The notes under the pieces were generated by a model that had not been told where the DNA came from, searched no databases, and saw only the letters and a list, made by a program, of their open reading frames with translations. A DNA stretch of 62,923 nucleotides, filler included. It is 6 parts of 6 records of this genome, joined end to end, with 100 filler letters (N's around TTAATTAATTAA, not from the genome) between each part and the next. Parts side by side here need not be neighbours in the genome. Positions count along the whole stretch, not along the records: positions 27,482 to 49,351 come from SRR20825010_2562; positions 49,452 to 53,638 come from SRR20825010_2564; positions 53,739 to 57,078 come from SRR20825010_2565; 3 more parts are not named here. One strand, given 5' to 3'. Below, in pieces: positions 44,018 to 54,289 of the stretch; position 1 is the first letter of the stretch, and each line of letters starts with the position of its first letter. Both the position numbers and the translations under genes were made by a program.

Positions 44018-45690
44018 TACAGAGGCTCCGGTGGCGCTTTGAAGGCTCGCTTGAGAGCGGCGGTGCACTCCAGCGTAACCAGCAGCGCTGCCACCAAGAC
44101 AACCAGATCCAGCCCGAGCAGGAACCAGTCCTGTTTTTCATAGAAGCTTTTCAACTGTATCAACAGGGCAAACAGGGTCATGACCAGCAGGAAGACCAGT
44201 GGCGCCAGGGTGTAAATGGCCGGACGACCCCGTTTCACCAGCATGATGGTAATGACCAGCAGTGTCAGCCCGGCGAGCAATTGATTGGTGGTACCGAACA
44301 AGGGCCAGATAAGCAGGCCGCCAGAACCATCGGCACCGCCTGCCCCAAACGCCAGCAGCAGGCAGCTGAGCACTGCCAGGAGTGTGGCGGGCAGGGGGCG
44401 GGTCATCCATTTCTGTTGATAGATTTCGCCCCATTCCTGGAAAATATAACGTTGCAGCCGCAGGCCGGTGTCCATGGTGGTGCCAGCAAACAGGGCCGCC
44501 ATCACGGTGAGCAGGGTAGCGGCAACGCCCACATCCATGCCCATGCCATTGGCAAGAATATTGGCGCCACCATCCACAAAGGCGGTCAGGCTGCCTTGGC
44601 CAAAGGCCGTGTATACCGCTTGCCAGTCCGCCAGAGAGGCAAAACCGGCGGTGGCGGCAATGATGGCTGCCAGTGCCAGTGCGCCTTCGCCCACAGCACC
44701 GAAATACCCAACGAAGCGGGCGTCGGTTTCCTTGTCCAGCTGCTTGGAGCTGGTGCCGGAGGCGACCAGACCATGGAAGCCGGAGATGGCGCCACAAGCG
44801 ATGGTGACAAACAGAAGCGGTAACAAGGAAGGCGTGCCGGCAGGAACGTCGCTGTTGATCATCGGCGCGACAACCTGGGGGTTGCCGAGCAGTACAGCAC
44901 CATAAAGCAGGATCAGGCCGACGAACAATTGCAGGCCGTTGATGTAGTCGCGGGGCTGCAAGAGCATCCAGACGGGAAGCAGTGAGGCCACGGCAGCATA
45001 CGCAAACAGCATCAGTATCCAGCTGGCGTTTGCCGACAGCCCCATGACCTGATCGGGCAGGGTAACGGGAACCATGGGGCCCACGTAAATCAGGCTATAC
45101 AGGGCTGCGACACCGAGTATGGAAACCAGGCCAAGGCCAATTATCCTGCGGTAAATGAGTTGCCCGATGACTAACGCCACGGCGATAGCGCCCCACACGG
45201 GCACGACCGCGCCAGGGTTATTGATCAACAGCTTGGCGATCACGACGCCAAATACCGCGTTGACCATCAATAACACCAGGAAGATAACAATCATGAAGAC
45301 GGTGCGTGCACGGCCGCCAACGACCTCGCCGGTGAGTGCGCCGACAGACTTCGCCCGGTTGCGGACACTGGCCCACAGGGCGCCACTGTCGTGCACACCG
45401 GCAAAGAAGATGGTGCCGAAGACCACCCAGAGAAAAGCGGGTAGCCAGCCCCAGATAACGGCAATGGCCGGGCCGACAATCGGTGCCGCACCCGCCACGG
45501 AGGTGAAATGGTGGCCCCACAACACATAACGGTTGGTGGGTACGAAATCCACGCCGTCTTCATACTCGTGGGCAGGGGTGCGGAAATTCGGGTCCAGCTT
45601 GTAGATGCGCGATGCAATAAAACGAGAGTAGACGAAGTAGCCGGCGGCCATGCCACCCAGCCCCAGCAGGAGCAAAATGATTGCGCTCAT
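44017..45690 (-). CDS. cstA: Carbon starvation protein A (CstA) family transporter
   Basis: TPAH...DGVDFVPT, GHHFTSVAGAAPIVGP, LLQPRDYIN, IACGAISGFH, WPLFGTTNQLLA. Confidence 0.95.
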   Translation of the reverse strand: MSAIILLLLGLGGMAAGYFVYSRFIASRIYKLDPNFRTPAHEYEDGVDFVPTNRYVLWGHHFTSVAGAAPIVGPAIAVIWGWLPAFLWVVFGTIFFAGVHDSGALWASVRNRAKSVGALTGEVVGGRARTVFMIVIFLVLLMVNAVFGVVIAKLLINNPGAVVPVWGAIAVALVIGQLIYRRIIGLGLVSILGVAALYSLIYVGPMVPVTLPDQVMGLSANASWILMLFAYAAVASLLPVWMLLQPRDYINGLQLFVGLILLYGAVLLGNPQVVAPMINSDVPAGTPSLLPLLFVTIACGAISGFHGLVASGTSSKQLDKETDARFVGYFGAVGEGALALAAIIAATAGFASLADWQAVYTAFGQGSLTAFVDGGANILANGMGMDVGVAATLLTVMAALFAGTTMDTGLRLQRYIFQEWGEIYQQKWMTRPLPATLLAVLSCLLLAFGAGGADGSGGLLIWPLFGTTNQLLAGLTLLVITIMLVKRGRPAIYTLAPLVFLLVMTLFALLIQLKSFYEKQDWFLLGLDLVVLVAALLVTLECTAALKRAFKAPPEPL

Positions 45691-45972
45691 GGGTTGCCTT
45701 TTGTCATTGTTGGCGATGTCGTTAGCAGCGTCGATCAGCGGCCAGCTGAATACTGGCGATGGTGTCTATATGGTTCGCTTTTTTGACTGACCGGTCAACG
45801 CGACTAAAGGCTAATGGCGCAAGCGTAATGGGCAGACAGGGGCGTGCACAATGTGCCATCGTTTGTTAACGGCGCCCTATGCATGCCTGTGGACAAGCGG
45901 TATTCTTGGGCCTACAAATCAACAGAAAAACAGAACATTAACGGGTAAAGGAACTACCCGGGGGACGCAGTA

Positions 45973-46626
45973 ATGATCAAAGTATTGGTAGTGGACGACC
46001 ATGATCTGGTCCGTACCGGCATTGCTCGCATGCTGGGCGAAGTGGAGGGCCTGCGAGTTGTCGGCGAGGCGAATTCAGGCGAGCTGGCCGTGCAAATGGC
46101 CAGGGAGCTGGCGCCGGAAGTGGTGCTGATGGACCTGAAAATGCCAGGCATCGGTGGCCTGGAAGCCACCCGTAAATTGTTACGCGTTGACGAGGGTATC
46201 CGCGTTATCGCGGTGACCATGTGTGAAGAAGAGCCGTTTCCGTCCCGCCTGATGAAAGCCGGTGCCGCAGGTTACATGACCAAGGGTGCTGATCTGGAAG
46301 AAATGGTGCGCGCCATCAAGGTAGTCGCCACCGGGCAGCGCTATATCAGCCCGGAAATCGCCCAGGCCATGGCGCTCAAGCCCTATACTGGTGATGAGGG
46401 GTCTCTGCTGGATATGCTTTCCGAGCGTGAACTGCAAATCATGATGATGATCGTGAACTGCCACAAGGTGCAGGATGTGGCAGACAAGCTTTGCCTGTCG
46501 CCGAAAACCGTCAACACCTACCGGTACCGTATTTTCGACAAGCTGGGTGTCACCAGCGATGTGGAAATGGCGTTACTGGCCGTGCGTCACGGTATGCTTG
46601 ATGCGGTAGAAAACACGGCTTCCTGA
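45973..46626 (+). CDS. uvrY: UvrY/GacA response regulator
   Basis: VDDHDLVRTGI, MDLKMPGIGGLEAT, LSPKTVNTYRYRIF; upstream of uvrC. Confidence 0.96.
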   Translation: MIKVLVVDDHDLVRTGIARMLGEVEGLRVVGEANSGELAVQMARELAPEVVLMDLKMPGIGGLEATRKLLRVDEGIRVIAVTMCEEEPFPSRLMKAGAAGYMTKGADLEEMVRAIKVVATGQRYISPEIAQAMALKPYTGDEGSLLDMLSERELQIMMMIVNCHKVQDVADKLCLSPKTVNTYRYRIFDKLGVTSDVEMALLAVRHGMLDAVENTAS

Positions 46627-46695
46627 TTGCCGGTTTGCTAGAAGGGGAAATCATCAGGGCAGGACTGATACACTTTCTGTTTAACCTGTTTTGAG

Positions 46696-48528
46696 ATGTT
46701 CCCCTTGCCAGATTTCGACGCTAAACACTTCCTTGCTCACTGTGCTCGCAAACCCGGCGTTTATCGCATGCTGGATGGGGATGGAGGTGTTTTGTATGTG
46801 GGCAAGGCGCGCAACCTTCAGGCCCGCCTGAACAGTTACTTCCAGAAAAATGTGTCCAGTGCGAAAACCCGGGCACTGGTCGGACGAATTTGTAACATCC
46901 AGACAACGGTGACCGGCAGTGAGGCGGAAGCGCTGCTGCTGGAACAGTCGCTGATCAAGGAATTGAAACCGCCTTACAACATTCTTCTGCGCGACGACAA
47001 ATCCTACCCGTATATCCGTATCACCAGTGCCGACCGTTTTCCCCGCGTCACCTTTCATCGCGGCACACGCCGGGCTGGCAGCCAGTACTTTGGTCCGTAC
47101 CCCAGTGGTGGTGCGGTGCGCGAAGCCCTGTCCCTGATCGAGAAGGTGTTCCAGGTCCGCAACTGCAGTGACAGCTACTTCCGCAACCGTACCCGCCCGT
47201 GTCTCCAGCACCAGATCAATCGTTGTACGGCACCGTGCGTGGGGCTGGTGAGTGAAGCCGATTATGCGCGTCAGGTGAAGATGGCGGCGGACTTTCTTGA
47301 TGGACGCAGCCGGGAAGTGGTGGAACAGCTGAGCGCCGACATGGAGGCGGCCTCGCTGGCGCTGGAATTCGAAAAAGCGGCGATCTTGCGGGATCAGCTG
47401 GCAGCTATTCAATCCGTACAACAAAAGCAATACGCGGAAACCGGGCAGGGGGATCTGGACGTGGTCGCCATTGAAACCCGGCATGGCCTGGCCGTGATCG
47501 AAGTGCTGATGATTCGTGATGGGCGTATTCTGGGCCACCGCACCTTTCGGCCGGATACCCGTGGCGAGGAAGACCGCAGCGAAATCCTCGAGGCCTTTCT
47601 TTCCCAATATTATCTGGGCGACCGGGAAGATCCGGTCAAACCGCAGGAAATTTTGCTGAGCATGGACATTCCCGGCGCTGATGCGCTGCAGCAGGCACTG
47701 GAAAGTCAGTGGGGCAAGAAAGTTCGGTTGGCCTGGCGGGTGCGCAGTGATCGTGCCGCCTGGATCACCATGGCACAAACCAATGCCCAGCAGTCCATGG
47801 CGGCCGAGCTTGCTGCCCGCGAGCATATGGAAGCCCGTTTTCTTGCTCTGGAAACGCTGTTGGAAAGTAGCGAACCGGTGCGGCGCATTGAGTGTTTCGA
47901 CATCAGCCATACGCAAGGCGAGAAAGCCGTGGCCTCCTGCGTGGTGTTTGACCAGCAAGGTGCCCGCAAGCAGGACTACCGGCATTTCAATGTGAACCCG
48001 GCGGCGGGCGGTGATGATTATGAAGCGCTGGAAGAAGCCATTCGGCGTCGCTATCAGCGGGTATTGAAAGAGCAGGGGAGGTTACCCGATCTTCTTTTGA
48101 TTGATGGCGGCAAAGGGCAAATGCAGCGGGGCTGGAAAGTGATTCAGGAGCTGGAACTGCAAGCTGCGGTGCGCGTCATGGGGATTGGTAAAGGCCCGAG
48201 CCGCCGGCCGGGCTTCGAAGCTCTTTATCTGCCTTGCGGAAAAGAAATGGTCCCCGGCCCGGCGGACTCCGCGCTCCATCTGTTGCAGCAGGTCCGCGAT
48301 GAAGCGCACCGGTTTGCCCTGACCGGTCATCGAGCCAGACGAGGCAAGGCGCGCAAGCAGTCCACACTGGATGAAATTCCCGGTATCGGGCCCAAGCGTC
48401 GCAAGGCATTGCTGACCCACTTTGGCGGCCTGAAGCAGATGCGCAATGCCTCCGCCAGCGAGCTGGCCCGGGTGCCGGGAATCAATGCCCAGATGGCGCA
48501 GACCCTGTACGACTGGTTTCATCAATAG
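46696..48528 (+). CDS. uvrC: Excinuclease ABC subunit C
   Basis: GIY-YIG (PGVYRM...YVGKA), RIECFDISH, LIDGGKGQ, RDEAHRFA, HhH. Confidence 0.98.
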   Translation: MFPLPDFDAKHFLAHCARKPGVYRMLDGDGGVLYVGKARNLQARLNSYFQKNVSSAKTRALVGRICNIQTTVTGSEAEALLLEQSLIKELKPPYNILLRDDKSYPYIRITSADRFPRVTFHRGTRRAGSQYFGPYPSGGAVREALSLIEKVFQVRNCSDSYFRNRTRPCLQHQINRCTAPCVGLVSEADYARQVKMAADFLDGRSREVVEQLSADMEAASLALEFEKAAILRDQLAAIQSVQQKQYAETGQGDLDVVAIETRHGLAVIEVLMIRDGRILGHRTFRPDTRGEEDRSEILEAFLSQYYLGDREDPVKPQEILLSMDIPGADALQQALESQWGKKVRLAWRVRSDRAAWITMAQTNAQQSMAAELAAREHMEARFLALETLLESSEPVRRIECFDISHTQGEKAVASCVVFDQQGARKQDYRHFNVNPAAGGDDYEALEEAIRRRYQRVLKEQGRLPDLLLIDGGKGQMQRGWKVIQELELQAAVRVMGIGKGPSRRPGFEALYLPCGKEMVPGPADSALHLLQQVRDEAHRFALTGHRARRGKARKQSTLDEIPGIGPKRRKALLTHFGGLKQMRNASASELARVPGINAQMAQTLYDWFHQ

Positions 48529-48621
48529 CGTGTTCAGTTTTTAATCTGAAAATCGGAAATGAGTCATGGCCGGCTTTCCGCTATACTGGTGGCTTATTTT
48601 CATGGCCGGTAGTTCCTCCCT

Positions 48622-49227
48622 ATGCAGAAAGTGCACCCCATCCTGAATTTGCCGAATATCCTCACCCTGATTCGGGTGCTGGCAATTCCCGTGCTGGTGC
48701 TGGTGTTCTACCTGCCGTTTCAGTGGAGTGATGTCTGCGCGGCCCTGTTATTTCTGGCGGCGGGTCTTACGGACTGGCTGGACGGTTATCTGGCGCGCAA
48801 ACTCAATCAGACCAGCCCCTTTGGCGCCTTTCTGGACCCGGTGGCAGACAAGCTGATAGTGGGTGTGGCCCTGGTGATGTTGGTGCAGGTTCATGCCACC
48901 GCCTGGTTGGCGGTGCCGGCCATGGTGATTGTGTCCCGTGAGATTACCGTCTCGGCACTGCGTGAGTGGATGGCGGAGCTCGGTGAGCGGGCAAAAGTGG
49001 CGGTCAGCCAGCTGGGCAAGATCAAGACAGTGACCCAGATGACGGCGATTACCTTGCTGTTGGCGCAGAAACCGGATTTTACTGTTGACGGCGACATCAT
49101 CATGAACCCGTGGCTGTGGCTCAGCTATGGTTTGCTGTACTTGGCCACCGCATTCACTCTGTGGTCCATGGGCTCGTATCTTCGTGCTGCAGCACCGCAA
49201 TTGCTCAAAAGTCAGTCAAAGTCCTGA
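48622..49227 (+). CDS. pgsA: CDP-diacylglycerol--glycerol-3-phosphate 3-phosphatidyltransferase
   Basis: NLPNILT, TDWLDGYLAR...FGAFLDPVADK, GKIKT. Confidence 0.97.
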   Translation: MQKVHPILNLPNILTLIRVLAIPVLVLVFYLPFQWSDVCAALLFLAAGLTDWLDGYLARKLNQTSPFGAFLDPVADKLIVGVALVMLVQVHATAWLAVPAMVIVSREITVSALREWMAELGERAKVAVSQLGKIKTVTQMTAITLLLAQKPDFTVDGDIIMNPWLWLSYGLLYLATAFTLWSMGSYLRAAAPQLLKSQSKS

Positions 49228-49255
49228 AAAGTCAGAAAAAACAGCCGGTGCCGGG

Positions 49256-49283
49256 TTGACACCCGGGGGGTGATGGGTAGAAT
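49256..49283 (+). promoter_or_regulatory. Sigma70 promoter of tRNA gene or operon
   Basis: TTGACA-16 nt-TAGAAT upstream of the tRNA at 49323. Confidence 0.75.
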
Positions 49284-49322
49284 TCTTTCCCGCAACGGAG
49301 CAGTGTCTTCGCTGCGGAAAAA

Positions 49323-49351
49323 GCGGGAATAGCTCAGCTGGTAGAGCACAA
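49323..49351 (+). tRNA. 5' part of a tRNA, probably tRNA-Gly(GCC), truncated by contig end
   Basis: GCGGGAATAGCTCAGCTGGTAGAGCACAA; anticodon not visible, identity inferred from the 5' sequence and pgsA synteny. Confidence 0.85.
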
Positions 49352-49451
49352 NNNNNNNNNNNNNNNNNNNNNNNNNNNNNNNNNNNNNNNNNNNNTTAAT
49401 TAATTAANNNNNNNNNNNNNNNNNNNNNNNNNNNNNNNNNNNNNNNNNNNN
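49352..49451. other. Artificial contig linker
   Basis: N44-TTAATTAATTAA-N44. Confidence 0.99.
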
Positions 49452-49452
49452 C

Positions 49453-49659
49453 CGGGAATGGCGCACGCCGCCGCTCTGGGGCATCGGCCTGACCAGCATC
49501 GTCAACGGCCATACGTTTTTCCTGCACGACGGCCGCGCGCGCAATCTGGCCGAAGCCATTCTCTGGCACGGCGGCGAGGCTGAAAATGCGCGTGACGGCT
49601 TCGCCGGCCTGGCCAAATCAGACCGGGACAACCTCCTGAGATTTCTGGAAAGCCTGTGA
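49453..49659 (+). CDS. Di-heme oxidoreductase (DUF1111/DHOR) C-terminus, 5' truncated; absent from the ORF track
   Basis: Manual translation REWRTPPLWGIG...FLHDGRARNLAEAILWHGGEA...LLRFLESL*; TGATG coupling to the next gene. Confidence 0.9.
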   Translation, partial: REWRTPPLWGIGLTSIVNGHTFFLHDGRARNLAEAILWHGGEAENARDGFAGLAKSDRDNLLRFLESL

Positions 49660-50747
49660 TGAACCGTCTTCTGATCTGTCTTGTGGCGCTGTTTGTCAGT
49701 GCGGCTGTCGCACGCGCGGATCAGGATGCGGCGCGTCCGCCGATCGGTCCGGTGCTGCAACGGATGCTGGCGGAGTATGTCCGTCCCGGCTACGTGGAAT
49801 TCAATGCCGCTGCAACAAGCCTCAAGACCTCCGTAGCAGCACTGTGCGAAAACCCGACCGATGAGAATCTGAAAGCAGCACGAGCCGGATTTCGCGGAGC
49901 AGTCGTAAGCTGGTCGCGCATGGAATGGTTGCGGCTCGGTCCGGTGATGTCCGAAAACCGGCTCGAGCGCATCCTGTTTTTCCCGGACCGCAAGGGTACC
50001 GGCAGGAAGCAGGTCGAGGCCGCCATCGCCTCACGGCAGCAAAACGTCACCGAGGTCGCCACGCTTGCCGGCCAGAGTGTCGCCATGCAGGGCCTGGGCG
50101 CGCTCGAGTTCATCCTCTTCGGCAGCGGCAGTGACGCGCTGGCAGCTACGGAGGCGTCTCACCGCTGTGCCTTTGCACGGGCGGCGGCAACCAATCTTGT
50201 CGATCTTTCAGACGAGATCATTGCCGGATGGCGCGATGGAACCGGTCTTGCCCGGGTGTTTCTCAAGCCAGCGCCCGGCAATCCGCTGTTCAGGACCGAC
50301 CAGGAGGCGTTGAATCTGTTGCTCGGGCAGATGATCCATGGCCTCGAAGCCATCCGGGACACACGTGTGAATGCTTTTCTCGACAGGGAAAACCCCGATC
50401 ATGACCGGCCCAAATCGGCTCTTTTCTGGCGCTCCGGCATGACATTGCCGTCGATCCGCGCCGATCTGGAAGGCCTCGAGACGCTGTTCAATGAAAGCGG
50501 CATCGAAATCGTGTCGAACGGCAGCGCTCCCCGGCTCGCCGATGCCATCCGTTTTGAATTCCGGCAGGCAATTCGCATCGCGCGAGACCTCGAGGCGCCG
50601 GTCGGCGATCTGCTCGCCGATCCCGAAACCCGCGAGAAACTGGTCTATCTCGATTACGCCATCAAGATCATCATCGCTCGCCTCGATCAGGAGTTTGCCC
50701 AGGCAGGCGGTCTTGCGGTCGGGTTTTCGTTCGGAGATGGCGATTGA
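49659..50747 (+). CDS. Imelysin-family (peptidase M75-like) periplasmic protein
   Basis: Signal peptide; WSRMEWLRLGP, FFPDRKG, QGLGALEFILF, GFSFGDGD C-terminus. Confidence 0.9.
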   Translation: MNRLLICLVALFVSAAVARADQDAARPPIGPVLQRMLAEYVRPGYVEFNAAATSLKTSVAALCENPTDENLKAARAGFRGAVVSWSRMEWLRLGPVMSENRLERILFFPDRKGTGRKQVEAAIASRQQNVTEVATLAGQSVAMQGLGALEFILFGSGSDALAATEASHRCAFARAAATNLVDLSDEIIAGWRDGTGLARVFLKPAPGNPLFRTDQEALNLLLGQMIHGLEAIRDTRVNAFLDRENPDHDRPKSALFWRSGMTLPSIRADLEGLETLFNESGIEIVSNGSAPRLADAIRFEFRQAIRIARDLEAPVGDLLADPETREKLVYLDYAIKIIIARLDQEFAQAGGLAVGFSFGDGD

Positions 50748-51820
50748 AGCCGGTCGTTTTTGAAAGACGAGAGTTTCTGGCCGCAGCAGGCCTCGCCTGG
50801 CTGGCAAGCCTTACGCCGGCCGGTGCGGAAAAACTGCTCGCCTCCGAAGTCCTGTTTGCCGCCGCCTACATGGATCCGAAAGGTGCGTATGGTGTGGCCA
50901 TTCTGGATGAAGCAGGGGCAATTGTCTCAACCCATCCGCTGCCCGGCCGCGGGCATGGCTTTGCCGCCGGTCCGCAGGCTGAATGGCTTGTCGCCTTTGC
51001 CCGGCGCCCCGGCAATTTCGCCGTCGCGCTGCATCGCCGCATGGCGGCCGAGCCCGTGCTGTTTCACACACCCGCCGACCGGCACTTCTATGGCCATGGC
51101 GTGTTTTCCGCCGATGGCCGTCTGCTCTACGCCGCGGAGAACGCGTTTGAAACGGGCGACGGCATCATCGGCGTCTATGACGTCACCGATGGCTTCAGCC
51201 GGATTTCGGAAGTCGCCACCGGCGGCGTCGGCCCGCATGAAATCGTCCTGATGCCGGACGGCAAGACATTGTGCGTTGCCAATGGCGGCATACGCACCCA
51301 TCCCGATCAGGGGCGGCAGAAGCTCAACCTGCCCACCATGGCGCCGTCCATGGCCTTCATAGACACCGCGACCGGAGCGCTCGTCTCCTCCCATGTCCTG
51401 CCCGCCAGGCTGCACCGGCTGTCCTTGCGCCACATGGCGGTGGATGCGAGCCACCAGGTCTGGATCGGCGGTCAGTATGAAGGAGATGTCTTCGACGAGG
51501 TGCCGGTCCTGGCGAAACTTCATGAAGATCGCGGGCTCGTGTCGGTCGAACTCGAAGATCGGGTTGCCGCAGCTCTCGGCAAGTATGCGGGGTCCGTTGC
51601 GATCGGCAAGGATGGCGTGACGCTCGCCGTCGCATCGCCCAAAAGCGGCGTGGTGATCACGCTCGATACCCTCACCGGCAAGGCCCTTGCAATCGACAGG
51701 AAACCGGGCACATGCGGGGTCCAGGCCCGGCGGGATGGCTTTGTCAGCTCCAGCGAGACCGGCCGATTTGGCGCCGCCAGCCATGATCTCGCCTGGGACA
51801 ATCACATCGCAAAGGCGTGA
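50744..51820 (+). CDS. DUF1513 beta-propeller protein with Tat-like leader
   Basis: RREFL, RGHG, FARRPG, HFYGHGVFS, GPHE, NGGIRTHP, SLRH, WDNH. Confidence 0.9.
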   Translation: MKPVVFERREFLAAAGLAWLASLTPAGAEKLLASEVLFAAAYMDPKGAYGVAILDEAGAIVSTHPLPGRGHGFAAGPQAEWLVAFARRPGNFAVALHRRMAAEPVLFHTPADRHFYGHGVFSADGRLLYAAENAFETGDGIIGVYDVTDGFSRISEVATGGVGPHEIVLMPDGKTLCVANGGIRTHPDQGRQKLNLPTMAPSMAFIDTATGALVSSHVLPARLHRLSLRHMAVDASHQVWIGGQYEGDVFDEVPVLAKLHEDRGLVSVELEDRVAAALGKYAGSVAIGKDGVTLAVASPKSGVVITLDTLTGKALAIDRKPGTCGVQARRDGFVSSSETGRFGAASHDLAWDNHIAKA

Positions 51821-52495
51821 AGCCGGCGCATTGAAGGCCGATCTGGACCGCCACGGCCGTACGATAACCATGCGGAATCACCGTCGAAGAAGCGATCCGT
51901 TAACGCCCGCGAACTACAAGATCTTGCAGTCAGCGGTTAAATTGTTAGCTCTTGAGCATGTTGGACGCAATCATGCCGGCAACAGTAGATCAATGTGCCC
52001 GGCGGCGCTTTTCTTGCTCAGAAAATCCGCTTGCCGCGTCGGCGTGTCTCGCCGGAATGAAGAAGAAGTGAAAAGCTTGCGAGAGTGATAATTGCGATTG
52101 CGATCGCGCCTATTCCTAGAACAATCATTGCTCGGCCCCAGCTGACATCATTGTCATTTTCGGAGTAGAAGCTACGAGCAGCAACTTGTCCGAAGCTTGT
52201 GCCGCAACAACGCCCAAGACCTGAGACTGGCCGGAGATTGGCAAGCAAGGCCCCGGCATGACCCCGGAATATGATTAACACTGGTAACCGGCGTTAACCT
52301 TCGGGCAAGGATTAATACGTAAAAAACAATCTAATCTTCGGATTGTGGATATGAGCGACCAGTTCGCCCCCACAAAGGCATGAAGCCGCTCCAAGGTTCC
52401 GGCTAGATCCGGATTTCCAGAATTTCATGGGCCAAGCGGCGCACGGTATGCAAACACCGGCTGTGTCCTGTCAGCAAGCGTGACAGGGACATCAA

Positions 52496-53638
52496 GTGTT
52501 TCAACGCCACACCTGCAGCAAGACAGGCCCAGTCGATATCCTCGGCTCATGGCCGACTGTTGGGGTTAAACGCGTGGGGCAGATTCAAGCAAGGGTGAGG
52601 GATGCAGCGGCTGCTGACGGCCTGCGCGCACGGCTTGAGCTGACCCGGCTTGACCAGGAGAGCGGCGACCGCCTGCGCGGCATGCGCCCGATGATCGAGT
52701 CCGAAGCCCGAATTGCCCTCTCGGCCTTTTTCGAACGCCTCCAGAACACGCCGGAAATCGCTTCGCTGTTCACGTCGGGTCGCCAGATCGACCGGCTTGA
52801 GGAGCTGGAAGTGGCCCACTGGTCCATCCTCGCGGATGGCCGTTTTGACGGTCTTTATGCAGACCGGTCGATCATTCTCGGAGAGGTCCGCCAGCGTATC
52901 GGACTGGATGCAGGCTGGTCCATCGGTGGACACGCCCTGGTCCTCGAACGGGTTATCCGCCGGCTTGTCGATGAAAATCCCTCGGGCCTGTTCAGGATTT
53001 TTTCGCGGCAGGCCGAACGGAACCAGCTGGCTGACCGGCTCGTCGACGTCGTCAAGGCCGCTCTCATCGACATCGACATGCAGGTTACCCACAGGCTTGG
53101 CGAGCAGGCCCGGACTTTTTCCAAGCAGCGCGAGGCCGAAATCGCCCAGGAACGCGCGCTGGTCGAATCCACCCTGGGAGCCGCGCTTGCGCAACTGGCT
53201 GAAGGTGATCTGTCGGTTCGGGTCGAGCCTGAGGCCATTGAACCCCACCGTCAGGCAGCCGACAATTTCAATCTTGCAGTCAGCCGCCTTGAAGACCTTG
53301 TGACCGGCGCCGCCGCCAGCCTGGCCGAGGCCGAGCGGCTTGCCGCCCGGCTCAGCGACGATATCGAGGCTGTGCGGGTCGAGATCGAGCGGCAGGGCGC
53401 GTCCGTTGACGAGGAGCATGACGGTCTTGCCGCAATCGCCGAGCGTATGCGGTTGACCGCCGGAGCGGCACTGAAGGCCGAAACCCTGATAGCCGAAGCC
53501 CGCAAGAGCGCGGAAGCCGGTGACCGGGTTGTTGCCGACGCCATCGATGCGATGGCCGGCGTCGAGAATTCAGCCGAACAGATCGGCAAGATCATCTCGG
53601 TCATCGAGGAGATCGCCTTCCAGACCAACCTGCTGGCG
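52496..53638 (+). CDS. Globin-coupled methyl-accepting chemotaxis protein, 3' truncated
   Basis: Protoglobin-like N-terminus (RIGLDAGWSIGG), HAMP-like LAEGDLSVRV, MCP hairpin IISVIEEIAFQTNLLA. True start may be 52574. Confidence 0.88.
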
Positions 53639-53738
53639 NNNNNNNNNNNNNNNNNNNNNNNNNNNNNNNNNNNNNNNNNNNNTTAATTAATTAANNNNNN
53701 NNNNNNNNNNNNNNNNNNNNNNNNNNNNNNNNNNNNNN
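53639..53738. other. Artificial contig linker
   Basis: N44-TTAATTAATTAA-N44. Confidence 0.99.
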
Positions 53739-53816
53739 GAAAGCAAAAAACAACTTTTGAACACAAATTTTATGTATATATGATAACCTAAACATACAAA
53801 AATTCTGTTTGAAAAA

Positions 53817-53837
53817 ATTTTTAGGGAAGGCTACAAA
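53817..53837 (+). repeat. Left copy of a perfect 21-bp inverted repeat (ATTTTTAGGGAAGGCTACAAA)
   Basis: Exact reverse complement of 56899-56919. Confidence 0.93.
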
Positions 53838-54289
53838 AAGGGTGAGGCTAAATTTTAACAAAGATTAGCTCACACAAAAAGATTGATGATAAAAACTGAT
53901 AAAACTAAATCATATTGATCAGTTAAACGATTTAAGTATCAATATGAAAAATAAAGAACCAAAACTATTGTATTATTTCTAAGTAAGATATATATTTTAA
54001 ATATGTAGGTTTTTAATTATTAATTTTTTTGTGTAAATTCAAATGTTTCAATTCTAATATTCTTTTTTAATGTAAGATATTCTAGATTAAGAGCTTGCTC
54101 AAAAGAAGATGATATTTGCTGCAAAAATTAGCATTTTAAAAGATATTACAAGGAAACTAACTGTATGAAACGGAGATGAAATTGTGGATATATCAAACCG
54201 TATTATCAAACATTTTAATACATGGAACGTGCTAATATAGAAGACGGATACTGTAAATTACGCAAGTGAAAGACTTTACAGAAGTCGAT

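Noticed and set aside
45788-45810. TGACCGGTCA palindrome and GACTAAAG between cstA and uvrY
   Set aside because: Too short to distinguish from chance without orthologue comparison.
42616-45972. Integrated prophage or island at tRNA-Ser
   Set aside because: No integrase and no duplicated tRNA 3' end found by eye.
52271-52316. CtrA boxes upstream of the chemoreceptor
   Set aside because: TTAA half-sites are present but none has TTAA-N7-TTAA spacing.
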